DNA of 64,000 nt from contig JBAZRV010000005.1 in the NCBI GenBank assembly GCA_041662745.1, forward strand, positions 6,605-70,604, read 5' to 3'. A program made the translations under genes and the position numbers. The notes under the pieces were generated by a model, which had not been told where the DNA came from, made no database searches, and worked only from the letters and a program-made list of their open reading frames with translations. This document shows, piece after piece, positions 1 to 8,926 of this stretch (position 1 is the first letter of the stretch; each line of letters opens with the position of its first letter). The stretch comes from Patescibacteria group bacterium (GTDB lineage: Bacteria; Patescibacteriota; Patescibacteriia; 2-01-FULL-39-33).

Positions 1-542
1 ATGCCGACTTCCCTGGCCCAGGCCCTTATCTCGGCCTCTGTTGTTGGCAGACAACCCAAAAATTCAACCGGATCTTCTACCCCCAAAGCAAGTCTTTTCT
101 GGCGAATCAATATGTAGAAGGCGTCTGCGTTTTCATTGTAATCCCTCTCATGCCTCGCTTGAGCTTTTTCGGCTTTGGCTCTCTTCTCTTTATCAGTCCT
201 GGCTTCGGCTGTTAACAGGCCGCAACATGAACATTCCCGTCCATCCTGATGGGCTGACTGACCAGTGCAATCAGTATGACGGCCGGCCGAACAGGGCTTG
301 CATCTTTTGCGTTGCTTCATTTGTCTCCCCCCTTTTGGCAGTTAACCCTTATAGTTACCGTAAACAACGGTAACACTAAGTTATAATTTGGTCAAATGCC
401 AGACATTAAAAACGAAACTCAAACGGAATATTCGGGGCTTTGTTCAATAAGCCAGAAATTATTCCTCCTTGAGGAAATATAAAAATTTTTCAAAAAATAT
501 CCTCATCAAAAACCAATTTGCCAAGATCCATTAATGCGATTA

Positions 543-827
543 TTAATCTTTTAGATATTTGCCAGCGACACTCAAAGCAAACGAAGGCAAGATAATAAAA
601 ACCGTGGCGAACATAAGCCTGATAAACACTTCGCTAAGCCATGAGTCGGCCTTATCCGGCCCGGAACCGGTCAAAACGACTAACATACCCACGATGCCGA
701 AGACGATTGAGGAGTAAATAAATACCTGAGTAGCGATTTTTTGCATATTTTTTATTTTTATTGTATCACGAATATGCGCAAATCGCCACCCGTGAAGGTG
801 GCGAACAAACTTGCAAAACAAGTCCAA
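543..827 (-). CDS. small hypothetical membrane protein; true start probably internal (around 746)
   Basis: ORF with hydrophobic segments (IYSSIVFGIVGMLVVL, FATVFIILPSFALSVAG). The N-terminal ~12 codons overlap a hairpin-plus-flank repeat copy at 790-838. Confidence 0.35.
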   Translation of the reverse strand: MDLFCKFVRHLHGWRFAHIRDTIKIKNMQKIATQVFIYSSIVFGIVGMLVVLTGSGPDKADSWLSEVFIRLMFATVFIILPSFALSVAGKYLKD

Positions 828-846
828 AGCTCACATGATTATTAAT

Positions 847-1593
847 TTATTCTTTATCAGCAAATATCACCAGCCTTTTAGGGTAACTTTTGACAGATTT
901 ATTCCAAGCCCCCTCACAAGTAATCAAATTAAGATGCGCTTTGCCATCACTTGAAATAAACACCTCCGGCACATCGGCTTTAGGATCGTAACTTCGGCTT
1001 TGACGAACTATAAAAACCGTAATTCTCCCTTTCTCGTCCTCAATATATAATCTATCGCCGGCAACCAGCTTAGACAAACCGTTAAATACGGTCGGTTTGC
1101 CGTTTTTCCAAATGCCGTAATGGCCGGTTATAATAGCATTGCCGCTATCTCCGGGACGAGGACTGAATTCAAACCAAGCGGCGTTACTTGGTCCTTTCGG
1201 CACATCAACTGCTCCTTGAGGCGTCAACCCAACTCTTTCAATAACGGTATCAACTTTGATTTTGGGAATTTTCAGGCGCACCGGTACGCCTATGCCGGTT
1301 GAATCGGCAAGTAAAGCTGTCGGCAATCTTGGCGCCATGGATTCAATTAGCTTATTCAAATCACTAAACCTGTCATCCATTATGTTTTGCCCCATTTGAC
1401 TGTTAAGCTTAATGCCGGTAGCTGACGGAGTGAATTCCGCGTATGAATTCTTTATTGATAAACCCAAAAACATCATAACCGAAGATGAAATAATAGCCAA
1501 AATACTGACAACCAATAATAATTTTACATACATTTTTGAATGCATACCTTCGTAACAACTATAGCATAATGGCCTCACCTGAGGCGAGGCCAT
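847..1593 (-). CDS. sortase (cysteine transpeptidase); likely true start at 1545 or 1533
   Basis: N-terminal membrane anchor (MYVKLLLVVSILAIISSSVMMF), conserved His (ITGHYG) and the TLxTC catalytic motif (HLNLITCEG). Lies immediately downstream of an LPXTG substrate gene. Confidence 0.8.
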   Translation of the reverse strand: MASPQVRPLCYSCYEGMHSKMYVKLLLVVSILAIISSSVMMFLGLSIKNSYAEFTPSATGIKLNSQMGQNIMDDRFSDLNKLIESMAPRLPTALLADSTGIGVPVRLKIPKIKVDTVIERVGLTPQGAVDVPKGPSNAAWFEFSPRPGDSGNAIITGHYGIWKNGKPTVFNGLSKLVAGDRLYIEDEKGRITVFIVRQSRSYDPKADVPEVFISSDGKAHLNLITCEGAWNKSVKSYPKRLVIFADKE

Positions 1594-1624
1594 TGCTTAG
1601 TAAAAATAAATACTAAAATTGTAA

Positions 1625-3439
1625 CTAAAAGGCCCGTCTTTTTAAAGCCACCCATAGAGAAACCAACGACACAACAATAATCCCAGCAATCGCAACAATA
1701 CTCCATGCCATATCTCCGATTACAGATGATGCGCCGGTATTCGGCAATTTCGGAACGGCAGCGGCAGCTACAACAACAGTCGCAATAGCATAATCTTTCG
1801 CTGTTAAACCATTAGCTTCGCCGATAGCTGTAGCCGTATTAACAGTCGTTTGCGTAAGTTTTGAAACGCAAGTAAAAGTCCAAATCTCATTATTTTCCAA
1901 TAAATTATTGTTGTTCAAATCACCCGGATGTCCGATGACGCGGCCCGGCAACCCGGTACATTTATCATCAGCAACTGTGACATTGCTCAGCGGTTCCGTA
2001 CCGGGATTAGTGATGGTATAAGTATACGTGACTGTTCCGCCGCCGGCACGAAGCGTCAACGGACTGGGAACTTTCACGATATGGATCAATGGAGGAATAA
2101 TCGGCTGGCCGACAACGACTGAAGCGCTGGCGATATCCGTAGCGCTAATGCCATTGGCCCAACCGGTCGCCACTACGGTATTGGTATGAGTAACTGAAAG
2201 CGTGCGGGAACAGGTATAGACCCAGGTCTCCGCCAAATCAAGCTTGGCATCATTATTTAAGTCTCCTGATATCAAATTTATCGGACCGCAGGAATCGCCG
2301 ACCATTGTAATATTAGACACCGGAACAACGCCAATATTGCGAAGCGTGTAAGTATAAGTCACTGAACCGGGTCCGGCTGGCAAAGAGAGAGGATTGGCCG
2401 TTTTTACTATATCAATAAGGGGCGGCACGGGCGGAACAATTACCGGCGCGCCAATATCATTGTTAGTGACAATACAAAATTTATTATCACCACCAATAAG
2501 GTTAAATTGGCCGTTAGCGTCGCAATCGCCGGAAAACACCCGAGTATAATTAGGATCGGCAGTTTCAGTTACAGTAAACGCGGCCGCAGGCGCCGTAAAA
2601 CTGTTAGTTTCTCCGGATATGACTGATGTGCCATTAACAAATAAAGGGAAATCTGCTACGGTCTTGGTTCTACCGTTATCATTAACAACTGTCTTAACGA
2701 CATTGATTGTTCCCTGAGTCGGTAAACTTCCAGCTATCGGCGCTGCCACACAGGTCGGACCGGAAATAGTGCTATTAGCACCATTCATAGCAATAAAGGT
2801 TCCGGTAAGCGATATAAGTCGGCCATTAATTGTTGCTCCAGAAGCGGAAGTAATGTTGTTTTGGGCAATAAGCGTTCCGACAAAAGTACTATCGGAAGCT
2901 ATGGTTGCATCTCTAACAACCTGGAAAAATACATTACAGGCTTGAGCATTGCCAGCTAAAACGATTGAGCCGGAAAAGGTAAAATCCCTTCCGATTTGGA
3001 AAACCCAAACATCACTATAATCCCCATCTAAAGTAAGAGTACCGGAGAAAGTCTGATCAGAAGCTATAGTCCAAACGCCAGGCGCCGGACTGTTGCTGGC
3101 CCAAACTCCGCTGGTAGTCTGGCTGGCCAAATTATTAAAGGCGGCCAAAGCGGCAATCTGTGCAGAGGCAGATAACCCGCCAGTGCCGAAATAATCAGCA
3201 CCGCCGGTATGAGTCCAAGTTCCAGTTTTTGAAGCCGCCAATCCCGGACTAAGACCTAAATCGCCTGAAATCGTGGTGATGTTAGCTGAGCTCATGGCTG
3301 CAGCGCCCAAGACCGAAAAGCTGGCTGCATCACCCAGCGACGGAGCAGTGGCTGTCGCCGCGGACACAGAAATTGGCCCGACCAAACCAAATGAAATGAT
3401 AGCAGTTAAAATAACTGCTGAGATATTAAATTTTTTCAT
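1625..3439 (-). CDS. LPXTG-anchored surface protein: N-terminal ice-binding-like (DUF3494) domain plus two tandem DUF11 repeat domains
   Basis: Signal peptide (MKKFNISAVILTAIISFGLVGPISVSA). DUF3494-type opening (LGDAASFSVLGAAAMSSANITTISGDLGLSPG). Two ~110-aa repeats with the DUF11 signature (GSVTYTYTLRNIG...SNITMVGD and GTVTYTYTITNPG...SNVTVADDKC). C-terminal KLPNTG, a hydrophobic helix and a KRR tail form a sortase sorting signal. Confidence 0.8.
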   Translation of the reverse strand: MKKFNISAVILTAIISFGLVGPISVSAATATAPSLGDAASFSVLGAAAMSSANITTISGDLGLSPGLAASKTGTWTHTGGADYFGTGGLSASAQIAALAAFNNLASQTTSGVWASNSPAPGVWTIASDQTFSGTLTLDGDYSDVWVFQIGRDFTFSGSIVLAGNAQACNVFFQVVRDATIASDSTFVGTLIAQNNITSASGATINGRLISLTGTFIAMNGANSTISGPTCVAAPIAGSLPTQGTINVVKTVVNDNGRTKTVADFPLFVNGTSVISGETNSFTAPAAAFTVTETADPNYTRVFSGDCDANGQFNLIGGDNKFCIVTNNDIGAPVIVPPVPPLIDIVKTANPLSLPAGPGSVTYTYTLRNIGVVPVSNITMVGDSCGPINLISGDLNNDAKLDLAETWVYTCSRTLSVTHTNTVVATGWANGISATDIASASVVVGQPIIPPLIHIVKVPSPLTLRAGGGTVTYTYTITNPGTEPLSNVTVADDKCTGLPGRVIGHPGDLNNNNLLENNEIWTFTCVSKLTQTTVNTATAIGEANGLTAKDYAIATVVVAAAAVPKLPNTGASSVIGDMAWSIVAIAGIIVVSLVSLWVALKRRAF

Positions 3440-3795
3440 TGTTGATTACTTAATTATTAAAAGAACTTAGCTCGCGTATATTTTAAACCTCCTTCATAAT
3501 AATTATTATACCACTTTTTTTACTTTATTCATAACTCAATACCCCCCTGTGGATAAGTGAAAATAATTATACTACGAAACGTTTCTAAATATTGCTATCA
3601 ATAGATCAGTTACCGTAAATTTACATAAAAAATACTTCCCTCACCCTCTTTTGATTCAAACCAAACTTTCCCGCCCAACTTATCAACTAACGATTTCAAA
3701 AGATAAAGGCCTAAACCCGTTCCAAGCGGCTCTTTCTCAATGACTGGAGGGTTTGGGGGGTAATTTTTGCCCTACGCCTCGCCACATCATACTGT

Positions 3796-4284
3796 TTATT
3801 TTAAATAACTGTCAAAATAAATCGCATGACAGGTATAACCGCCGGGATTTTTCTGTAAATAATCCTGATGATAGTCTTCGGCGAGATAAAACTTGGTAAG
3901 CGGTTCTAATGCGGTAACAACCTGATTTTTCCAACGCTGGGATTTGTTTACAATATCTATGAAATTTTCAGCCTCCCTCCTCTCGTCATCATTGCCATAA
4001 AAAATCGCCGAGCGATAAGAAGTGCCGACATCATTGCCTTGTTGATTGAGGGTAGTTGGATCGTGAATTTGGAAAAAAAAGTCCAATAATTTTTTATAAG
4101 AAGTTTTATTTTCATCGTATTCAATCTCCACTGCCTCAGCATGACCGTCATGATTTTCATAGGTCGGATTAGCAATCTTGCCGCCGGCATATCCGACTTG
4201 GGTATTTATCACTCCGGGCTGTTTTCTAATCAGTTCCTCCAAACCCCAAAAACACCCTCCGGCTAAGACTATTTTTTTAGCCAT
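3796..4284 (-). CDS. msrA: peptide methionine (S)-sulfoxide reductase MsrA
   Basis: GCFWG active-site motif at the N-terminus ([17 protein letters not shown]); full-length similarity to MsrA. Confidence 0.9.
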   Translation of the reverse strand: MAKKIVLAGGCFWGLEELIRKQPGVINTQVGYAGGKIANPTYENHDGHAEAVEIEYDENKTSYKKLLDFFFQIHDPTTLNQQGNDVGTSYRSAIFYGNDDERREAENFIDIVNKSQRWKNQVVTALEPLTKFYLAEDYHQDYLQKNPGGYTCHAIYFDSYLK

Positions 4285-4288
4285 ATAA

Positions 4289-4645
4289 TTAATCTTTTGG
4301 AATGAATTTCATGGAAATGGAATTAACGCAATATCTTTTGTCTTTCTCTGTTAATTTTTCACCTATAAACAAATGGCCCAAATGCGCTCCGCACTTGGCG
4401 CAAGTTATTTCCGTACGCCGTCCATCAGCATCAAGGCTCTTATAAACGGCGCCCGGTATTTCATCGTCAAAACTCGGCCAACCGCAATCGGATTCAAATT
4501 TATCTTTAGAATCATACAGCGGCGCTCCGCATTGCCGGCAAACGTACACGCCGGTTTCTTTATTATTCACATATTCGCCCGAAAACGGCGCTTCCGTACC
4601 CTTATCGATTATCACTCTTTTTTCTTCAGGCGTTAGTTCGTTCAT
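4289..4645 (-). CDS. msrB: peptide methionine (R)-sulfoxide reductase MsrB
   Basis: SelR/MsrB fold with two CxxC zinc pairs ([20 protein letters not shown]) and catalytic region (CGWPSF). Only 4 bp downstream of msrA. Confidence 0.9.
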   Translation of the reverse strand: MNELTPEEKRVIIDKGTEAPFSGEYVNNKETGVYVCRQCGAPLYDSKDKFESDCGWPSFDDEIPGAVYKSLDADGRRTEITCAKCGAHLGHLFIGEKLTEKDKRYCVNSISMKFIPKD

Positions 4646-4650
4646 ATTAT

Positions 4651-5613
4651 TTATTGCGAGAATTTAGAACCGTTAAGATCTCCGTTATTATTATAACCGC
4701 GGCTTTCCCAAAATCCCTTGTAATCAGTGTCGCTTGATAATTCAATTTTAGTGATCCATTTTATCCATTTATAGCCCCATTTTTGTTCGGCCGCCAATTG
4801 GAAAGGAAATCCCCTTTCCGGCGGCAAAACAACGCCATTAAGCTTATCGGCCATGATGATATTATTCTGCATGACATATTCCAGGGGAAAGGAAGTGGAA
4901 TAGCCGTCAGCCGCATAAAAAATTATGGTTTTGGCTTCCGGTTTGATTGCCGTATCTTTCAATAAATCCCTTACTAATACTCCTTCCCATAAAGCCTTAA
5001 CGCTCCAGCCCTCCACGCAATTCAACTGAATAACTTTTTGATATATTGGAAGTTTCAATATGTCGTCATATTTATATGACATCGGCGTTTCAATCAAGCC
5101 GGAGATTTCCAGCCGATAGCTATCCTTATCAACTTGCTGGGGACCTTTGATGGAATTCTCGCGAAAATCATTAATTGATCCCAATTTCTCGCCCCGATAC
5201 TCCGTTATCTCTACGCCGGAAAGCGTGATCGGTTTGCTTTTTCCGAAGTAATTGCCATTAAAATATGCAACAACGCCGGCTAAAATAATAATACCGACGG
5301 CAACCGCAGTTATGATGTAAATAATATTAGCATTTCCTTTGGTCGATTTAAATTTGCCGACGATAGCTTCTTTTAATTCCCGCCTTTTCAAAATCAAATG
5401 GATAAGGATCAATAAAAATAAAATGATTCCGCTCCAGTCGTGGATCATTGAAATTTTCGAGGCCGGCAAAAAATCATACGCCAAAAGAAAATATCTTTGC
5501 CATTCGGGGAATTTAATTATTCCCGTTCCCGCCAAGAGAATAAAATCCAGAAACATAGCAATGATAATAAAGCGTTTAAATGCAGTCATATTATTGGCTT
5601 TATTATACCACAA
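4651..5613 (-). CDS. membrane-anchored molybdopterin-binding oxidoreductase (sulfite-oxidase family, MsrP/YedY-like catalytic domain fused to an N-terminal 3-TM domain)
   Basis: Oxidored_molyb signatures ([22 protein letters not shown] and [24 protein letters not shown]). N-terminal ~110 aa carry three TM helices with conserved His ([18 protein letters not shown]), possibly a heme-binding MsrQ-like module. Confidence 0.65.
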   Translation of the reverse strand: MWYNKANNMTAFKRFIIIAMFLDFILLAGTGIIKFPEWQRYFLLAYDFLPASKISMIHDWSGIILFLLILIHLILKRRELKEAIVGKFKSTKGNANIIYIITAVAVGIIILAGVVAYFNGNYFGKSKPITLSGVEITEYRGEKLGSINDFRENSIKGPQQVDKDSYRLEISGLIETPMSYKYDDILKLPIYQKVIQLNCVEGWSVKALWEGVLVRDLLKDTAIKPEAKTIIFYAADGYSTSFPLEYVMQNNIIMADKLNGVVLPPERGFPFQLAAEQKWGYKWIKWITKIELSSDTDYKGFWESRGYNNNGDLNGSKFSQ

Positions 5614-5663
5614 CCAAGCATAAAAATCTAAAATATAATAAGGTTTTCAATTTTTAAAATAGA

Positions 5664-5729
5664 ACGACCGGCATTCATGGCGAATACCGGTCGTTTGGAA
5701 AACAAATTCAAAGCTCAGCGGACTGGATT
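5664..5729. repeat. distal copy of a 66-bp direct repeat (attR-like) carrying the displaced 3' end of tRNA-Asn
   Basis: 62/66 identity with 20881-20946. Contains the hairpin acgaccggcattcatgGcgaataccggtcgt, the flank ggaaaacaaattcaaag, and the 16-nt tRNA 3' end ctcagcggactggatt, then diverges. Confidence 0.7.
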
Positions 5730-6098
5730 TCCGTCTCATCTTTTCTTCCGAAAAGATTGCGGTGTCGCGGTCAGAGCTGAATGCTCCCAGGGTCGCATCC
5801 AGCTACGCTCAACTGCGTTTTATTTTGACAGAATTCAAAATAAAACTTGTTTCGTTCCTGCCCTGTTCGAATCCAACTAAACTGAAAATAGTTTAAAATA
5901 AAACAGGGCATAAAGCCCCGTTTTATTTTAAACAAGTCCAAAGCTCCACGCTACGGTCTGGAACCATTTTTACCAAGGGTTCTTGGGGTCTTTATGAGCG
6001 TTTTCTACCGGGAATCGGTCGGGGTAAAATGCGACAAATGCGACAGTACTTTATGCTGGTTTTATTGGACAAAATGAAGATTTGATAGTCCAATATTA

Positions 6099-6647
6099 CT
6101 ATACATTAAAATTATACCCAACGGGAGGATTATCTAATAATTCTTTGTACTCATTATTATGTCTATCTATTTCCCCTCTATCTACGGAATAGATATTTCC
6201 AAGCGTGTCTAAAATATATATATAATCACAATTAACAAGGTTAACATCAATTAATTTCTGGGTATAAATAAAACCCTCCTCATTTAATCGTACGGGAGCA
6301 TCGGATAATGGCGTATTAATTTTTATTTGACCAAAACGTCCATATATTAGTCTGCTTGCAAATATTCCATCCTTGCCAGTTTTTATTATGTTTATAAAAG
6401 AAACAACTTTATTTTTTGAAATTATATCAAAACCCAATCGTAATTTTAAATTCGCTTTTTGTCTTGAATAATCATACAACTTCCAATAAGCATTTATAAA
6501 TAAGCCACCAATTGAAAAAACAAATGCGGCGATAGAAAGTATTAATGCCATTGGAATATCCAAATATATATTAATCAAAAAAATCAGAAGCAATACTATT
6601 GTTATACTTAACAATATTAACAATATTGGCAATCGAAATTTATCCAT
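6099..6647 (-). CDS. hypothetical membrane protein (2 N-terminal TM helices); third gene of the AlbA_2 operon
   Basis: ORF in a very AT-rich block. N-terminal TM helices (LPILLILLSITIVLLLIFLINIYL, ALILSIAAFVFSIGGLFINAY). Its start lies 3 bp after the upstream gene's stop. Confidence 0.5.
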   Translation of the reverse strand: MDKFRLPILLILLSITIVLLLIFLINIYLDIPMALILSIAAFVFSIGGLFINAYWKLYDYSRQKANLKLRLGFDIISKNKVVSFINIIKTGKDGIFASRLIYGRFGQIKINTPLSDAPVRLNEEGFIYTQKLIDVNLVNCDYIYILDTLGNIYSVDRGEIDRHNNEYKELLDNPPVGYNFNV

Positions 6648-6650
6648 ATT

Positions 6651-7373
6651 TTATAATCTTCTTTCCAAAAATTTTTTCTGATCTTCGACAAAAATCTTTT
6701 TATCTACATTATCCCAATCAAATTTCTTAAAAATTTCAATGGTTGTATCAAGAGCAATCTCATTTGTCAAATTACAAATTTGATCCCGCGAATATACTTT
6801 TTTAATCAGAATTTTATCCTCCTTAAATTTACATATATATGCTCGGTTTGTTTCTCTTAAAAATATATCCCAAAAAAATAACATTCTGTTATTGACTCCC
6901 ACTAATTCAATAATAATTTCCAGTGAGTCAATATTTTCTATATTAGTTAATAATCTTTTAGAGAATTCCAAAATTTCTGTTATAGAATAAAGTGCTCCAA
7001 TAATACTTAAAAATTTATCAACTTTTACCCCGTATTCGTCTTGATATTCCTTCACTTTTTGCGGGGATAATCTCAGATCTTCCCTCATGGAAAAATAATG
7101 TACAAATTGTCCGGTATTATAAAATCTCCAATATTCATAAACTGGCCCCTCAGGCCAATCACAAAATGAGTCAACGCTGTTATTACTACTAGATATAATA
7201 CCGGTTTGACGATCTACGTGCGGGTAATCCCATCCCCGCAACGATACTCTACTTTTTTCAATAATTTTTTTACAATCAGATAGAGATTCAATTAATTTAT
7301 CATCATATTTATTTGGTCTAATAATAACCCTCCAATATCCCTTTAATTTAATTTTGTCTAATAATTCACTCAT
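6651..7373 (-). CDS. hypothetical protein; middle gene of the AlbA_2 operon
   Basis: 240-aa ORF with no recognisable motif. Its start overlaps the stop of the AlbA_2 gene by 4 bp (ATGA). Confidence 0.5.
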   Translation of the reverse strand: MSELLDKIKLKGYWRVIIRPNKYDDKLIESLSDCKKIIEKSRVSLRGWDYPHVDRQTGIISSSNNSVDSFCDWPEGPVYEYWRFYNTGQFVHYFSMREDLRLSPQKVKEYQDEYGVKVDKFLSIIGALYSITEILEFSKRLLTNIENIDSLEIIIELVGVNNRMLFFWDIFLRETNRAYICKFKEDKILIKKVYSRDQICNLTNEIALDTTIEIFKKFDWDNVDKKIFVEDQKKFLERRL

Positions 7374-8014
7374 AAATTATCTTTTATTAAATCAGTATTA
7401 AATTTATCTGAATCTGTTTCAGTGTCCACATTTAATAAGTTAACACAAGGGAGTTTTTTTAATATATCTTCTTTTTTCTTTTGAACCATCCGATCTAATA
7501 ATTCGCGCCACTCATGAATACTGGATATTTCCCTAGACTCAATCGGGGCTTTCGATCTGATATATATCGCATTCTTTCTTAACGCAATATTTTCATAATG
7601 ATTGCCCCCTTGCTTTTTAAACAGAGCAAAATCTGTACATACAGTGGGTTCAATTGATTCATGAATCTGTAAAATGATAAAGTTTTTAGATTCATCATCA
7701 ATTATTAAATTATCAGAAAAAATAGTAAACTCAATAATTGGGTCACAAAATCTTTTTATGAACCTCGCGATATCATCATAATTAAAAGATTGAAAATCGC
7801 TATCAGTCATACCCGATAAACTAACGCTTCGGTCTTTTTCTTCTTTGACACCCAAAACAATCACGCCACCCTGATCATTATTAGCCATAGCCAACATAGC
7901 TTTTAAAACGTTTATTTTCGTTTCGTAAGCATTCCAATTCAGTGATCCTTTATATTCAATGCTTTGTTCCTCATGACGACGTATTATGTAATTCGAAAAT
8001 TCTTCATTAAACAT
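7370..8014 (-). CDS. AlbA_2 (Schlafen-like) putative DNA-binding domain protein
   Basis: N-terminal region fits the AlbA_2 pattern (EQSIEYKGSLNWNAYETKINVLKAMLAMANNDQGGVIVLGVKEE). The C-terminal half is uncharacterised. Confidence 0.55.
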   Translation of the reverse strand: MFNEEFSNYIIRRHEEQSIEYKGSLNWNAYETKINVLKAMLAMANNDQGGVIVLGVKEEKDRSVSLSGMTDSDFQSFNYDDIARFIKRFCDPIIEFTIFSDNLIIDDESKNFIILQIHESIEPTVCTDFALFKKQGGNHYENIALRKNAIYIRSKAPIESREISSIHEWRELLDRMVQKKKEDILKKLPCVNLLNVDTETDSDKFNTDLIKDNL

Positions 8015-8549
8015 CTGATTAATAAATTATTATTTTAATTAAACTTACATTATCACTCTACACCCAAATTGTTATCGAATCAAGATGATTGAACAGTATT
8101 TTCCTATTGCTAACCTCGCAAAAAATATTCAAAAAACCCAGCAAAAAAGCCCTTTTGACAGCCATATAACAAAAGAGTATATTGAAAATAGGCCAGTCAT
8201 AATTCAACCAATAACAAAACCCCCCGAAAAAATTTACTTGACAAATTGGTTTTTTAGGAGTATAGTGACGAAAGGATGAGGTGAAAACCACCGCCGAAAA
8301 ATGCTATTTCAACAATTCATTAAAATGCCACCCTTAATCGGGCAACGCAAGCTCCCTTCATAGAGCCTCTAGAGTTTTAATGCGCATAGCGGTAATATTT
8401 CTAAACCGCAAACCGGAGTAATCCTCTGGTTGGTCTCAATAACATATAGTGAGAGGCCCAGAAGCAGAATTTAACCATGAAAATGGTAAAGTTTTGCGTC
8501 TGGGCCTCTCTTTTATTTTTCAAATTTTTAACAAATTAACAATAAATCT

Positions 8550-8918
8550 ATGTCAAAGACAAAATTTATCAGCACGATCGACTCCGATAATATCGAAGTC
8601 ATCGATCGCGTTCAAAAAGTGGCTGAATTCATCGAATTCGTCAATTGGTCAGCCACTCCGAGCCGATTTCGGCAGCCTAAAAACCAGAAGGATTTAGCTG
8701 CCGAAATCGGAGTGAGTATCGATTCGCTTACTGACTGGAAAAAACATCCGAGCTTCTGGCCGCTAATGCAAATTGCCTTGCGGAAATGGTGCCAAGATCA
8801 AATCCCCGACATTGTCGGCGGATTATACAGCAATGCCTGCGGCAAAGGCAAAGCGGGCGATGTCAAGATGTTCCTGCAATTAGCGGGGCTGATTGAGAAT
8901 AATAAAACTAATAAATAA
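8550..8918 (+). CDS. small HTH protein, phage terminase-small-subunit-like
   Basis: HTH segment QKDLAAEIGVSIDSLTDWKKHPSFW resembles TerS N-termini. Its stop is 8 bp before the ParB-MTase start. Preceded by a large stem-loop. Confidence 0.4.
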   Translation: MSKTKFISTIDSDNIEVIDRVQKVAEFIEFVNWSATPSRFRQPKNQKDLAAEIGVSIDSLTDWKKHPSFWPLMQIALRKWCQDQIPDIVGGLYSNACGKGKAGDVKMFLQLAGLIENNKTNK

Positions 8919-8926
8919 CGAAAAAT

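Noticed and set aside
41-373. 110-aa ORF at the window start
   Set aside because: It uses a non-ATG start, translates to a W/R/C-rich sequence, and sits in a GC-rich block that looks non-coding. It is treated as a possible RNA or non-coding region instead.
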